The position numbers and the translations under genes are program-made. From positions 58,342,001 through 58,406,000 of the forward strand of contig NC_073382.1 in NCBI RefSeq assembly GCF_028641065.1: 64,000 nt of DNA, in the 5' to 3' direction. Shown here piece after piece: positions 50,541 through 61,755 of this stretch. Under the pieces are notes generated by a model, which did not search any database, was not told the origin of the DNA, and worked only from the letters and a program-made list of their open reading frames with translations. Positions within the stretch are counted from its first letter, which is position 1, and each line of letters begins with the position of its first letter. The DNA comes from Leucoraja erinacea. Lineage: Eukaryota.

Positions 50541-52209
50541 CTTGTGTCCTTCGGCACTAGGCACAATACATATAGTCTGCAAAATTGGGCAAATCCAAGT
50601 TTCATTGTCTGCTAAGATCAAAAACTTTCCTCCACTGATTTCACCCTCATTTCAATCACCTACTGCATAAAACTTATGCCTAACATTGAAAACATTTCTG
50701 TATCAATGTTACATTCTACATCTAACACAATCAAGCGTTATCTAACTGAACATTGTGCAGGAAATTAATCTTGTCTCATGCATATTTATGCTATGGCATA
50801 AGTTTCTGAAAAAATACATAACCACACTCCTTAGACACTTTAACAAATCATCCTTTAGATACACCAGGGCCTCTACATAAACAAAACAAACGCAAACACA
50901 TCAAAAGGCAATGGTTCACTGCACAAGATGGACCCTCAAAATTAAAAAAAGTATGATCCTTTCATGTTTGGAAACAAATTATTTTTGGAATTGTATTCTA
51001 CCTTGTAGAGCATCAACGTCTTACTAGAATACTCTAAAAAACCATCAGACAATAGTCCCAAACCATTAGAAAATTTTATATTCGAAGAGCATAAAATATA
51101 TTGCTTTCTCTTGCTGAATATATTCACAGTATATTGTTGATATGAATATCAAATCATCCAAAGATTTAAGCTGGTATTTTCATAATTTATCCTATATCTC
51201 AAACACCAAAAACAACTACTGAACTACTGTACCTAAATTACATTAGCGACTAACAAACTGAGTTCAAAACATAAATCAAGTACATATATTTGCATATTTC
51301 AAAACGAGAAACTAGTTTTCAAGGGAGTAATTAAGCCAATTTACATCATTATTCAAAAACGGCATTCCATTAAAGATAATTAATGTAACATAAACAGATT
51401 GGAATGAGAATCCGAGTGCACAATGTACAGTTTAATCAATACCAGGGCACAGATAAGAGTTTTGATGCATGTCTGCTTGAGTGCTGGTGAAAATGAGATT
51501 TCAGCAAGATTAAATATTGTTAGCTCATCTACATTCTAAGCAAACCACTCCATTTGCAAAATAAAGCTGAAAAATAAAAGCTCTGAGTTTTTCACAGGTG
51601 CATCTGTTTCTGGTCTTTTTAAACAATGTCGTGTGTATTCAGTTGTGGCATTTCTTCTAAGCACAGTAGTCGAGTGTTCTATGGAAGGATTTAAATAGTA
51701 CAGACGCATACATTCAATGTCAGAATACAGTGCATCTTTGTCAAGAAGGATGCCACTGCAAACTTTCTTATTTGCTATTTCAGCAAGTGTGATCCGACAT
51801 TACTGGCCAAAAAGGGACAGAATTTTGCTTTTAATCGTGATTATGATCAAAACAAAGCAAAATCAACAAAATGAAATGCCATTTAATGAAATGCTCTCGG
51901 AGCAAAAATGTTCCAGAGCATTTCACAGATATGAAGCCAAATAAAAGATTGATGTCGAGACACACACAAAAGCCCACGGGGGTCAAAGGGCAAAAGGCTT
52001 GGTCGAAAATGATACTCTTAAAGGAGCTGCTTAAAGAAAGACAGAGGCAAGAAGAGGTTGCAAGGTTTGTGTGAAGGGTGGTATTTGGGAGCCTTGGCAA
52101 TTGATGGCACAGTTTCCAACAGTGAGAACTAATTTAAGAGAAGCTCTGGAGGCCAGAAGAGAGCGGGAGTAATGCAAATATATCAGATGGCTATAATGCT
52201 GGGACTCAC

Positions 52210-53240
52210 CTCCCATTTTATTCACATTGGGCAGCTTACAACCCAAAGGTATGAACGCTGATTTCACCAATTTCAAGTAACTCCTGCATTCCTTGCACCC
52301 CCTCCCCCCTCCACCTCCCCTCCCTTGCCCTCACTGTTCTCATCCTTGTATCCCTGTCGTTAGCACATCTTCCGGAGCCAACAACGGGCCATTATGGACT
52401 CCATCCTTCCTCAGGCCGTGAATAAGCAGAACTTGGTAAAATGAGAAAACATGGCTGAAATTTGTATTCCTATGAACCCCATCGCTAACATGTTAAAGAG
52501 AGAACTGCAGATGCTGGAAAAATCAAAGATAGACAAAAATGCTGGAGAAACTCAGCGGGTGAGGCAGCATCAATGGAGCGAAGGAATAGGTGACGTTTCG
52601 GGTCGAGACCCTTCTTCAGGCTGATGTTGGGGGGGGGGGGGGGGGGGCAGGAAAATAAAGGAAGGCGGAGACAATAGGCTGTGAGAAAGCTGGGAAGGGG
52701 AGGGAAGGAAGGAGAAAGCAATGACCACCTGAAATTGGAGAAGTCAATGTTCATACCACTGGGGTGCTAACATCCTAAGCTTACAACATTTTTCATTTAC
52801 AGGAAGATTTTAATCTTAGATTCAACCCATTATTTTTCTGAAAGTATATGCAATTCTTTTTTACCACTTTATTCTGCCTGGCTCCTGCCAGAAGAGGTAG
52901 AGACAAAATGCTGGAGTTACACGGCGGGACAGGCAGCATTTCGGAAGAGAAGGATTGGGTGATGTTTTGGGTCGAGACCCTTGTTCAGACTGTCAGGGGA
53001 AAGGGAGTTGAGAGATATGGATGGGTAAAGTGTGAAAATGACAGGTCAAAACAGATGATGATAAGGAAATGTAGAATGGTTCATTGTTAGCTGAATAGAA
53101 GGAGGCATACCATCAGTAAAATGAATCAGAAGGACAATGAAACTATTCTGAGAACTAGGGTGAGGGAGGAATGGAGAGAGAGGGAAAGTAAGGGTTACTG
53201 GAATTTAGAGAAATCAATATTCATACCACTGGGTTGGAAG
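52210..53240. mobile_element. Cluster of three Penelope 3' fragments (52210-52420 +, 52490-52780 -, 52885-53240 -)
   Basis: Each has the GMNxDF(S/T)NF end of GIY-YIG. The two minus-strand copies also keep the terminal motif. Confidence 0.8.
52592..52619 (-). ncRNA. Putative minimal hammerhead ribozyme core
   Basis: Minus strand CUGAAGA-A-GGGU[CUCG]ACCC-GAAAC-GUC, with a fully Watson-Crick helix II. Confidence 0.62.
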
Positions 53241-53502
53241 AGGTAGACATGTTCAACTGTTACATGCATCTATAATTGAATCCTGGTTTACTCACTATTT
53301 GCCCCAGTGGCTCATCACTTAATATGTGAATAATGCTTCTGTGCAGTACAAGGACAACATTATCTCTCTGCTAATACTCACATGGAACAAAGACAAAACA
53401 TTTTAATATGACAGATAAAATATTACACTGTGACCCACAAAAATAAGCCTCAAGTGTTTAAGAACATGTGGAATGATTAAGTATTACCAGGACTATACCT
53501 TA

Positions 53503-54251
53503 CAGGGCTGTCCCACTGCAGCGACCTAATCTGCGAGTTAAAGAGTGTCTTCGACCTTCAAGCTCGAGGGCACTCGCCTGAAAAACCTCGAGCTGGATCG
53601 ACCGTCAGCGGTGAAACCGCGAGCTGGATCGACCGACTGCACGCGCACACACACACACATCGCAAAGGCGGGGGCCAGGGAAAATGGGGGAGCTCTGTCT
53701 GAAATTCACACCCGCGATGAAGAGGAAGGTAAAAGACGTCTGCACAGTGTACGGTAAGTCCTTGAGAGAGCGCGGGGAGGGGAGGGGAGAGAGGGGGAGA
53801 GGGGGGAGAAGGGGAGAGGTGAAGGTGGGGAAAAGGAGTGGAGAAACTTTTAAGAAGTATAATAAAGCTTAGCAGGCATTTAATTTACCGGTCGGTTTTC
53901 CTTGGTCCTGAAAACTCCAATGAGCCAATCAAAATGCCCGGTCAGCGAAGGAGATTGCCTACGGCTGCCCTCGACTACCTGTCACTACATAGCGACCCCA
54001 CTACACTGCACTACGAGTTCAAAAGAACCATGTCGACCAATTTTTACTTGTGGAAAATATTTCAACATGCTGAAAAAATTTCCGCGACCTAGCTGAGGCC
54101 GCGAGTATGCAGGAACTTCCCTCGAGCATGAAAAGAGAGTTCCAGTGACCTCATAGGACCTCCTAGGACCACATGTCGACCATGCTGCGAGTATGTCGAG
54201 GGCAAACTCTTCTAAACTCACAGATTAGGTCGCCGCAGTGGGACAGCCCCT
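53503..54251. mobile_element. PIF/Harbinger-like MITE
   Basis: TIRs GGGCTGTCCCACTGC.GCGACCTAATCTG.GAGTT at both ends. TAA at the right flank. Confidence 0.88.
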
Positions 54252-54779
54252 TAAAGTTGATAACCAATAAATAACCTTTCTTGCTGTATAGAGAATTATA
54301 TTTCAAATTACTGCAAACTAAAATGAGATACAATTTCTCTTCTACAATAGCAAGTTTCTTTGTGGTGGTACAGATACATAAAAAATAGGTGCAGGAGGAG
54401 TCCAGTTGTTTCAACCAAGTAAAATCTTAAAAATCCTTCTTTGCTCAACTGCTTTTGAAAGGGAAAATAATTATGCACTTTAGTCCAATGAATACTAAAA
54501 CTTAATTAGCTTCACATCCAAGATAATAATGCATTTAACTGGCATTTTAAATTCTCACATTTACTGTGCATCAAATGGTGTGCAATTTAACTCTACATGC
54601 AGAGAAATGGTGTATCATGTTATGGAAGCACGTTTTCTGGAGGCAACATAGAAGACGGCTGGAAAATAACCTGCATAGCAAGAAAACACAGTGACTCTGG
54701 TATTCCATGAACAAGATTACCAAGTTTTAAAAATCCACGAGTGTAATGAAGGTACTAAACACATTCAATGCAAGGTTGC

Positions 54780-55110
54780 TGCACAGTGGAGCTGCGGTAG
54801 AGTTGCTGCCTTACAGTGCTCTGTTCCTACAGAGAAATCAAAAGTTTCAACATCTCATTTGTTAATTTCTATGCTACTCTCACATTCACAAGGACCAGTC
54901 GTGACTCTTCCTTTCCTTAATTTGTGTCCAACCTCATCTTTCTCACAGAGGGTGCATTACATTCAACATATAACTCACCCGGAGAAAACCCACGTGGTCA
55001 CAGGAAGAACATATGAACTCCATCGTTGGCAATTGTTGGTCAGCTCGGACTTAGTGGGCCGAAAGCCCTGTTTCTATGCTGTATCTCTAAACTGAACCGA
55101 ACTAAACTAA
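54780..55110 (+). mobile_element. Rearranged V-SINE with inverted V domain
   Basis: Head (54780-54820) and tail (55030-55110) are sense. The V-domain piece at 54975-55022 is antisense. Confidence 0.65.
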
Positions 55111-55177
55111 CACACAAGCTCCCACAAACAGTGACATGATTAAGACCATTTAATTTTATTTAAGACATAACTGATCC

Positions 55178-55413
55178 TGTTCGATCCAGTCTCTGAGTGC
55201 TGTCTGTGCAGAGTTTGTATGTTCTCTCTGTGCCCGCGTGGGTTTTCTCTGGGTGCTCCGGTTTCCTCCCACACTCCATAGACATGGAGGTTTGTAGATT
55301 AATTGCCTTCTGTAAATTGTCCCAAGTGTGTAGGATAGTGCCCGTGTACGGGTGATCGTTGGTTCGAGCGGGCTTGGTGGGCTGAATGGCGTTTCTGCGC
55401 TGTATCTCTAAAA
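55178..55413 (+). mobile_element. HE1-like V-SINE, head truncated
   Basis: gttcgatcc, full V domain, tail tgtatctctaaa. Confidence 0.82.
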
Positions 55414-55717
55414 TGACTAAAGTGAAGATTAAATGCCAGGAATATGCTCCCACTCTATTTCACTGCAGTGCCAAGTTTGAATGTATCGTACCAGTACTGT
55501 GTAGTGTTCATTTGTTTACTGAAAAAAGAAAGTACTTGAAATAGATATGGAGTAGTTCAAATGATGCCGGGTTTGTTGTATGAGCAGAGTGTAGATTGGG
55601 ACTGCATCCTTAGAGATTAGAAGGTTAGGAGATCTTATCAAAACTGACCAAATTCCCAAAAGGCTTGAGAAGCTAAATGCAAGGAGATGTTTCCCCTCAC
55701 AGAGTCAAAGAAAAAGG

Positions 55718-56425
55718 GTCAAGTGTCAAGAGTGTTTTATTGTCATATGTCCCAGATAGGACAATGAAATTCTTACTTGCTGCAGCACAACAGAATATGT
55801 AAACATAGTACATAACTGGAGAAAAAAAGTTTAGTGTGTATATGTATATACACATGCACACATACACAATAAATAAACAAATATAATGCAAAAATAATAA
55901 TAGTCTGTTGTAGTTCAGAGCTTATTTGTTGTCATGTTTAATAGCCTGATGGCTGTAGGGAAGAAGCTGTTCCTGGATGTTACAGATTTCAGGCTCCTGT
56001 ACCTTCTTCCCAATGGCAATGGTGAAATGAGTGTGTAGCCAGGATTGTATGGATCTTTGATGATGTTGGCTGCCTTTTTGAGGCAGCAACTTCGATAGGT
56101 CCCTTCGATGGTGGGGAGGTCAGAGCCGGTGATGGACTGGGCAGTGTTCACAACTTTTTGCAGTCTTTTCCGCTCCTGGACGTTCAAGTTGCTGAACCAG
56201 GCCACGATGCAACCAGTTAGTATGCTCTCTACTGTGCACCTGGAGAAGTTCAAGAGAATCCTCTTTGACATACCGAATATCCGTAATCTTCTCAGGAAGT
56301 AGAGGCGCTGATGTGCCTTCTTTATAATTGCATTAGTGTGCTGGGTCCAGGAAAGTTCATCGGAAATTTGAAGTTTTTGACTCTCTCCGCCATCGTCCCA
56401 TTAATATGAACAGGATTGTGGGTAA
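55718..56425 (-). mobile_element. Rex1/Babar fragment nested in an old plus-strand CR1 (55580-55698 and 56440-56605)
   Basis: ORF 55915-56271 encodes RCTVESILTGCIVAW...KDPYNPG..LGRRYRS. Confidence 0.88.
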
Positions 56426-56834
56426 GTTTGAAAGTAACAGATAGGCCCCAGAAGACTGAGACAAGGAGAAATGTGTTCATTTAGAGTGTAGTGAACCTTT
56501 GTGATTTCTTTCCGCAGACAGCTGTGGAAGCTCAGACAGTGTATTCCTTTCAAATAGAGAATGATCGATTTCTATACAAGGGAATCAAAGGATATGGGAA
56601 TGGTGGAGCAGACTTGGCAGGAGTGTCTATTCCCGCTGCTACAACTTATGCTCTTAGACAAAATGGAGCTGTTCTGAAAATACAGCACTACCACTACTCC
56701 ACTGCAATATCAACTCAGATTTCTGTGTACGACACTCTGGACCCAGAACATTCTCACCACAAAATTAGGGTGCTCGCAGGTGACAGATGTAAAAGTAGTT
56801 TGAGGGGAAATCCAGGGTACCACATTTCCCAAGT

Positions 56835-57078
56835 TCATAAGTTACAGGAGCAGAAGTAGGCCATTCAGCCCATCAAGTGTACTCCACCATTCAATCATGG
56901 CTGATGTATCTTTCCCTCTGAACCCTATTCTCCTGCCTACACCCCGTAACCCTTGATACCTTTATTAATCAAGAATCTATCAATCTACACCTTAAAAAAA
57001 CCATTGATTTGACCTCCAGAGCCATATGTGGCAATGAATTCTACAGATTCACCAACCTCTGACTAAAGAAATTCCTCA
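56835..57078 (-). mobile_element. CR1 3' fragment
   Basis: CR1 3' UTR ggagcagaagtaggccattcagccc... Confidence 0.8.
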
Positions 57079-57382
57079 TCTAAAGGAGATCTCGACCTGA
57101 AATGTCACCCATTCCTTTGCTCCAGAGATGCTGCCTGTCCCAGAGTTACTCCAGTTGGAAACTGAGTATCTTAGCTCTAAATGCGAACCTCGGGGGATGG
57201 TTCTATTGAAGTCTTTAATTGCCTCAGAGCAAATTTTAAATGCTACTTTTAAATAAACTGAGAGTTGCACAACAGAGGATCTTATAGTTAGCCCAAGCAA
57301 AATCTAATTCCCACCCCTCCCCCCAGAAAATAGATGCAGCAGCTCTGAAAGATTGGAAGGAAATTCTAAATCACTTGCTTTA

Positions 57383-57687
57383 AGCCTCTGTCCCACTTTC
57401 CAGAGTTACTCACAAATTCTCCCAAGTTTTCGCCTTGATTCAAACGCAGAGAATTACGGTAATAGCCAGCGGTACTCAGGGCTATTTTTTTTACTCATGG
57501 ACATTTTTCAACATGCCGAGAAAAAGTCCCGACTTACCTGATGACTCGAGTACCTACGGCTGGCATTACGAGCCGCTACAAAATATCTACGGACTCCTAG
57601 GGACTCGCTTTGGACATTCTCCGAGTTTGAATCAAGGGGAAAATTCGGGAGAATTCGTGTGTAACTCGGGAGAGTGGGACTGGGGCT
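57383..57687. mobile_element. PIF/Harbinger-like MITE with TTA TSD
   Basis: TTA|AGCCTCTGTCCCACTTTCCAGAGTTAC ... GTAACTCGGGAGAGTGGGACTGGGGCT|TTA. Confidence 0.88.
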
Positions 57688-58483
57688 TTACAAAGTAGGA
57701 CATTATTGTAACATTTTTGTAACATTACTAAAAGTTTATTTCATTATTAGAAAGCAAAATTGTAACCACCAACCTCAAAACAGACAAGTGAAAGTAAACA
57801 GTCGCTGGATTTACCCAAAACCAGAGATTTACTTTTTTAAAAAATCTAATTTGTTTATTTACTTTCTTTTCAGGAGTCAAACAAAAATTAGTTAATTGCC
57901 GGGTACTCATCTAATCACCATTTCTTTGATGGGAGCACTGAAGGTACAGAACCATGGCCATTTTATTTCATCTTGTCCCTTCCTGAAAAAAACAATAATA
58001 AGGTTGGCTTCCACAGCAACTACCAGAAATGGGAACTATAGTTTCAACATCACTTTTTTCACAAAGTTGATTGCACTTAAGAGAAGCCCCAATCTGTTAT
58101 CTTTGAACATCCCAAAATAGCACCTAGCTTTGGACAAGAACTCCTGGGCGTTCACCCATCATTAATGCTGGGAATAGGCACTAGTTCCATTTTTGGTAAG
58201 GGGATCTTGATTCACACTTCCTGATCAGTGTGAACTAATGTAGAATCTAAGGGGGCGGCATGGTAGCACAGTGGCAGAGTTGTCACACCCAGGGCATACA
58301 GCAGGCACGAGTCCAACCGCAGCCAAATAATTAAAGTCTTACATGCTGTGAACAATTCCAAGTGAGATAAGTTCTAAGACTATAAAACATTAATGCAACT
58401 CCAGTGTGTTATACTACGCTGCAGACAGGTTTGTTTCCTTCCATAACAGTTTTGAAATCTTCTTTCCAGTACTCATATTAGAG

Positions 58484-58882
58484 TCATTCATCATCATCAT
58501 CGTTAAAAATCATTAGCGACACCGTGGTGCTGGTTTCCAACGGGAACGGTGACGGATGCACATCTTTGTCCTGCAGTTCCTGCGGACTTCCGCCGTTGGA
58601 AGTATAGGATTTTGGTGTGTGTGCTTTATCATCATTCCTTACAATGCTATGTACGACAGTGATAGCAACTTCTACTGAAGTGTAGATGGCCATTGGCTCG
58701 CTAGAAGCTCATCCGCCCTTTGACAGGTCATGTTTTTGGCTCTGCTGGGGGTCCACAGCCCCCTCCTGACCTGGCAAACCATGTGGGAGAAACGGTTTAG
58801 GCGCCGACTATCCGACCATTAAGCAAGTAGCACGGGATTACATGGTACCCGTGGCAGGAGGAACTCCCCCCGACCTGGCCTG
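58484..58882 (-). mobile_element. Possible non-autonomous RTE-type element
   Basis: CpG-rich body with a (GAT)n tail on the minus strand. atggccatctacacttcagtag resembles RTE 5' UTR motifs. No coding remnant recognised. Confidence 0.4.
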
Positions 58883-59100
58883 AGAGTCAAACAGCATGGA
58901 AATTGGTCTTTTGACCCAACTTGCCTATGCCAACCAAGATGCCCCATCTATATTAGTCCCACCAGCCAATGTTTGCCGCATATCCCTCTAAATCTTGCCT
59001 ATCCTTGTATGTGTCTAAACATCTTTTAAATGTTAGGTTCACAAAAAAGCTGGAGAAACTCAGCGGGTGCAGCAGCATCTATGGAGCGAAGGAAAAAGAC

Positions 59101-59128
59101 AACGTTTCGGGCCAAAACCCTTCTTCAG
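59101..59128 (-). ncRNA. Putative minimal hammerhead ribozyme core
   Basis: Minus strand CUGAAGA-A-GGGU[UUUG]GCCC-GAAAC-GUU. Confidence 0.55.
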
Positions 59129-60284
59129 ACTGATCGGGGGTGGGGGGGCGGGGAGAAGAAAGGAAAAAGGAGGAGGAGCCCGAAGGCTGGGGGATGGGAG
59201 GAGACAGCAGGAGGGCTGAGGAAGGGGAGGAGACAGCAAGGGCTAACAAAATTGGGAGAATTCAATGTTCATACCCCCAGGATGCAGACTCCCCAAGCAG
59301 AATATGACGTGCTGTTCCTCCAATTTCTGGTGTTGCTCGTTCTGGCCATGGAGGAGACCCAGGACAGAGAGGTCGGATATGGAGTGGGAGGGGGAGTTGA
59401 AGTGCTGAGCCACCGGGAGGTCAGCTTGGTTATTGCGGAGGTGTTCGGCGAAACGATCGGCCAACCTCCGCTTGGTCTCACCAATATAGATCTGCTGACA
59501 TCTAGTGCAGCGGATGCAATAGATGAGGTTGGAGGAGATGCAGGTAAACCTCTGTCGCACCTGGAACGACTGCTTGGGTCCTTGAATGGAGTCGAGGGGG
59601 GAGGTAAAGGGACAAGTGTTGCATCTCTTGCGGTTGCAATGGAAAGTGCCCGGGGAGGGGGTGGTCGGGAAGGAAGGGAAGAATTGACAAGGGAGTTATG
59701 GAGGTAGTGGTCTTTGCAGAAGGCAGATATGGGGGGAGATGGGAAGATGTGGCGAGTGGTGGAGTCACGTTGGAGGTGGCGAAACTGACAGAGGATTACT
59801 TGTTGTATGTGACGGCTGGTGGGGTGAAAGGTGAGGACTAGGGGGACTCTGCCCTTGTTGCGAGTGGGGGGGAATGGGGAGAGAGAGCAGTGTTGCGGGG
59901 TATGGAAGAGACCCTGGTGAGAGCCTCATCTATGGTGGAGGAGGGGAACCCCCGTTCCCTGAAGAATTAGGACATTTCAGATGCCCTGGTGTGGAATGCC
60001 TCATGCATTTCAACTCCCCCTCCCACTCCGTATCTGACCTCTCTGTCCCGGGTCTCCTCCATGGCCAGAGCGAGCAATACCGGAAATTGGAGGAACAGCA
60101 CCTCATATTCCGCTTGGGGAGTCTGCATCCTGGAGGCATGAACATTGAATTCTCACAATTTTGTTAGTCCTTGCTGTCTTCTCCCCTTCCTCAGCCCTCC
60201 TGCTGTCTCCTCCCATCCCCCAGCTTTTGGGCTCCTCCTCCTTTTTCCTTTCTTCTCCCCCCCCCCCCCCCACCCCCGATCAGT

Positions 60285-60312
60285 CTGAAGAAGGGTTTCG
60301 GCCCGAAACGTT
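60285..60312 (+). ncRNA. Putative minimal hammerhead ribozyme core
   Basis: CUGAAGA-A-GGGU[UUCG]GCCC-GAAAC-GUU. Confidence 0.58.
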
Positions 60313-60879
60313 GCCTTTTTCCTTCGCTTCATAGATGCTGCTGCACCCGCTGAGTTTCTCCAGCTTTTTTGTGTACCTTCGATTTTCCAGCATCTGCAGT
60401 TCCTTATTAAACATCTTTTAAATGTTGTTCTGCCAAATTTTGCTGAAGAAAGCACAATTTTCTAAGATGACTAATATAACTTAGTACCATTCCACAGAGC
60501 TGGGTCCAGTAAACCAAACCTGAAAATCTCATTACCCATTTGCTTAAGTGTCCAAGTTGTTCTTCATGATGTCCTTTAAATATGTCCATTACAAACCATG
60601 TTCTCGGGGTATCTAAATCTAAATTTTATTAGTTATTTAAGTTATGACATCGGATGGAAGCTGCATAACAAATCTCGTTACGCTTATGTGCAATGACAAT
60701 AAAATAAAATATATTATTATTATTATTATTATTAAATAAATAGCACAAAAGGAAACATTGGGCAGTCTCGGCCTATCCACTAGAATTTGGGATGGGTGGT
60801 TGAAACAAGAGACATTGAGGAGTCCTGACAGGACAGAAGCGAAGGTGAATGAATCCAGAATTGTGATTTTTTTTGGATC

Positions 60880-61430
60880 ACATTCTCCAGCGCGCTCGGC
60901 GACCTTCAATCGCTGGAGCTGGAAACCTCTTCAGACTGTCGTGAGCCCCACTACGGGGCGTGGACTTAACATCAGAGCTGATCCCTTGCCTGGGATCGCT
61001 CCCATCGCGACCAGCGCGGACCTTACCATCAAGAGCTTGCAGTCGGGAGAGGCTAGTTGGGAGCTCCAACGTCGCAGAAGGTTCGACCAGCCCCGACACG
61101 AGGTTCAATCGTCCAGTATGGGGGAGCTGACATCCCCCTGATGCGGGAGCGGAACGCGGAGGGCCCGAAATGCCGCCGGCTACGGGAGTCAAGATCGTCC
61201 CGTCCATGAGGGCTCGAGGCCCACGACCGAGGAAGAACTAAGGGAAAGGACTTGAACTTTATTTCGCCTTCCATCACAGTGAGGAATGTGTAGGAGTCAC
61301 TGCGGTGAATGTTCATGTTAAAATGTGTTTGAGTGATCTGTTGCTTGATGACTGACCTGGCAAATGAAATTCCTCGTATATTGCAAAACATACTTGGCGA
61401 ATAAAGTGTGATTCTGATTCCGATTCTGAA
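60880..61430 (+). mobile_element. Non-autonomous GC-rich element with (ATTCTG)n tail
   Basis: Shares a central block with 39165-39530. Ends ttggcgaataaagtgtgattctgattccgattctga. Confidence 0.6.
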
Positions 61431-61489
61431 AAGGGAGTCACTTGTTTAAGATTCCATAATTTTTTTTGCCGAGGGCCTCGAGTCTCTGG

Positions 61490-61755
61490 AACCTATCCCT
61501 TTGTTATCACCTATTCCCCAACCAGCAATGGGTCATCATGGGCTTCACCCTTGCTTGGTCATCTATTGACAGCCCTGATTTGTTCTGGCTTTTTCCTAAC
61601 TCAAGTTCTCTCTCTTCCCCCCGCCCCCGCCCCCCCTGTAGTCTGAACAAGGGTTCCGAACCAAAACCTCACCCATCTTTTTTCTCCAGAAATGCTGCCT
61701 GACCCACTGAGTTACTCCAGCACTATTAACCAGCATCTGCAGTTCCGTCCTACAC
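61490..61755 (+). mobile_element. Penelope 3' terminal fragment (decayed hammerhead)
   Basis: Poly-C, gtctgaacaagggttccgaaccaaaac, terminal motif. Confidence 0.7.

Larger units (their letters stand above)
59035..60407. mobile_element. Penelope insertion with inverted terminal duplication (minus copy 59035-60004, plus copy 60005-60407), 19-bp TSD
   Basis: GIY-YIG (QIYIGETKRRLADRF) on the minus strand and an inverted 3' copy on the plus strand. TAAACATCTTTTAAATGTT at 59016-59034 and 60408-60426. Confidence 0.93.
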
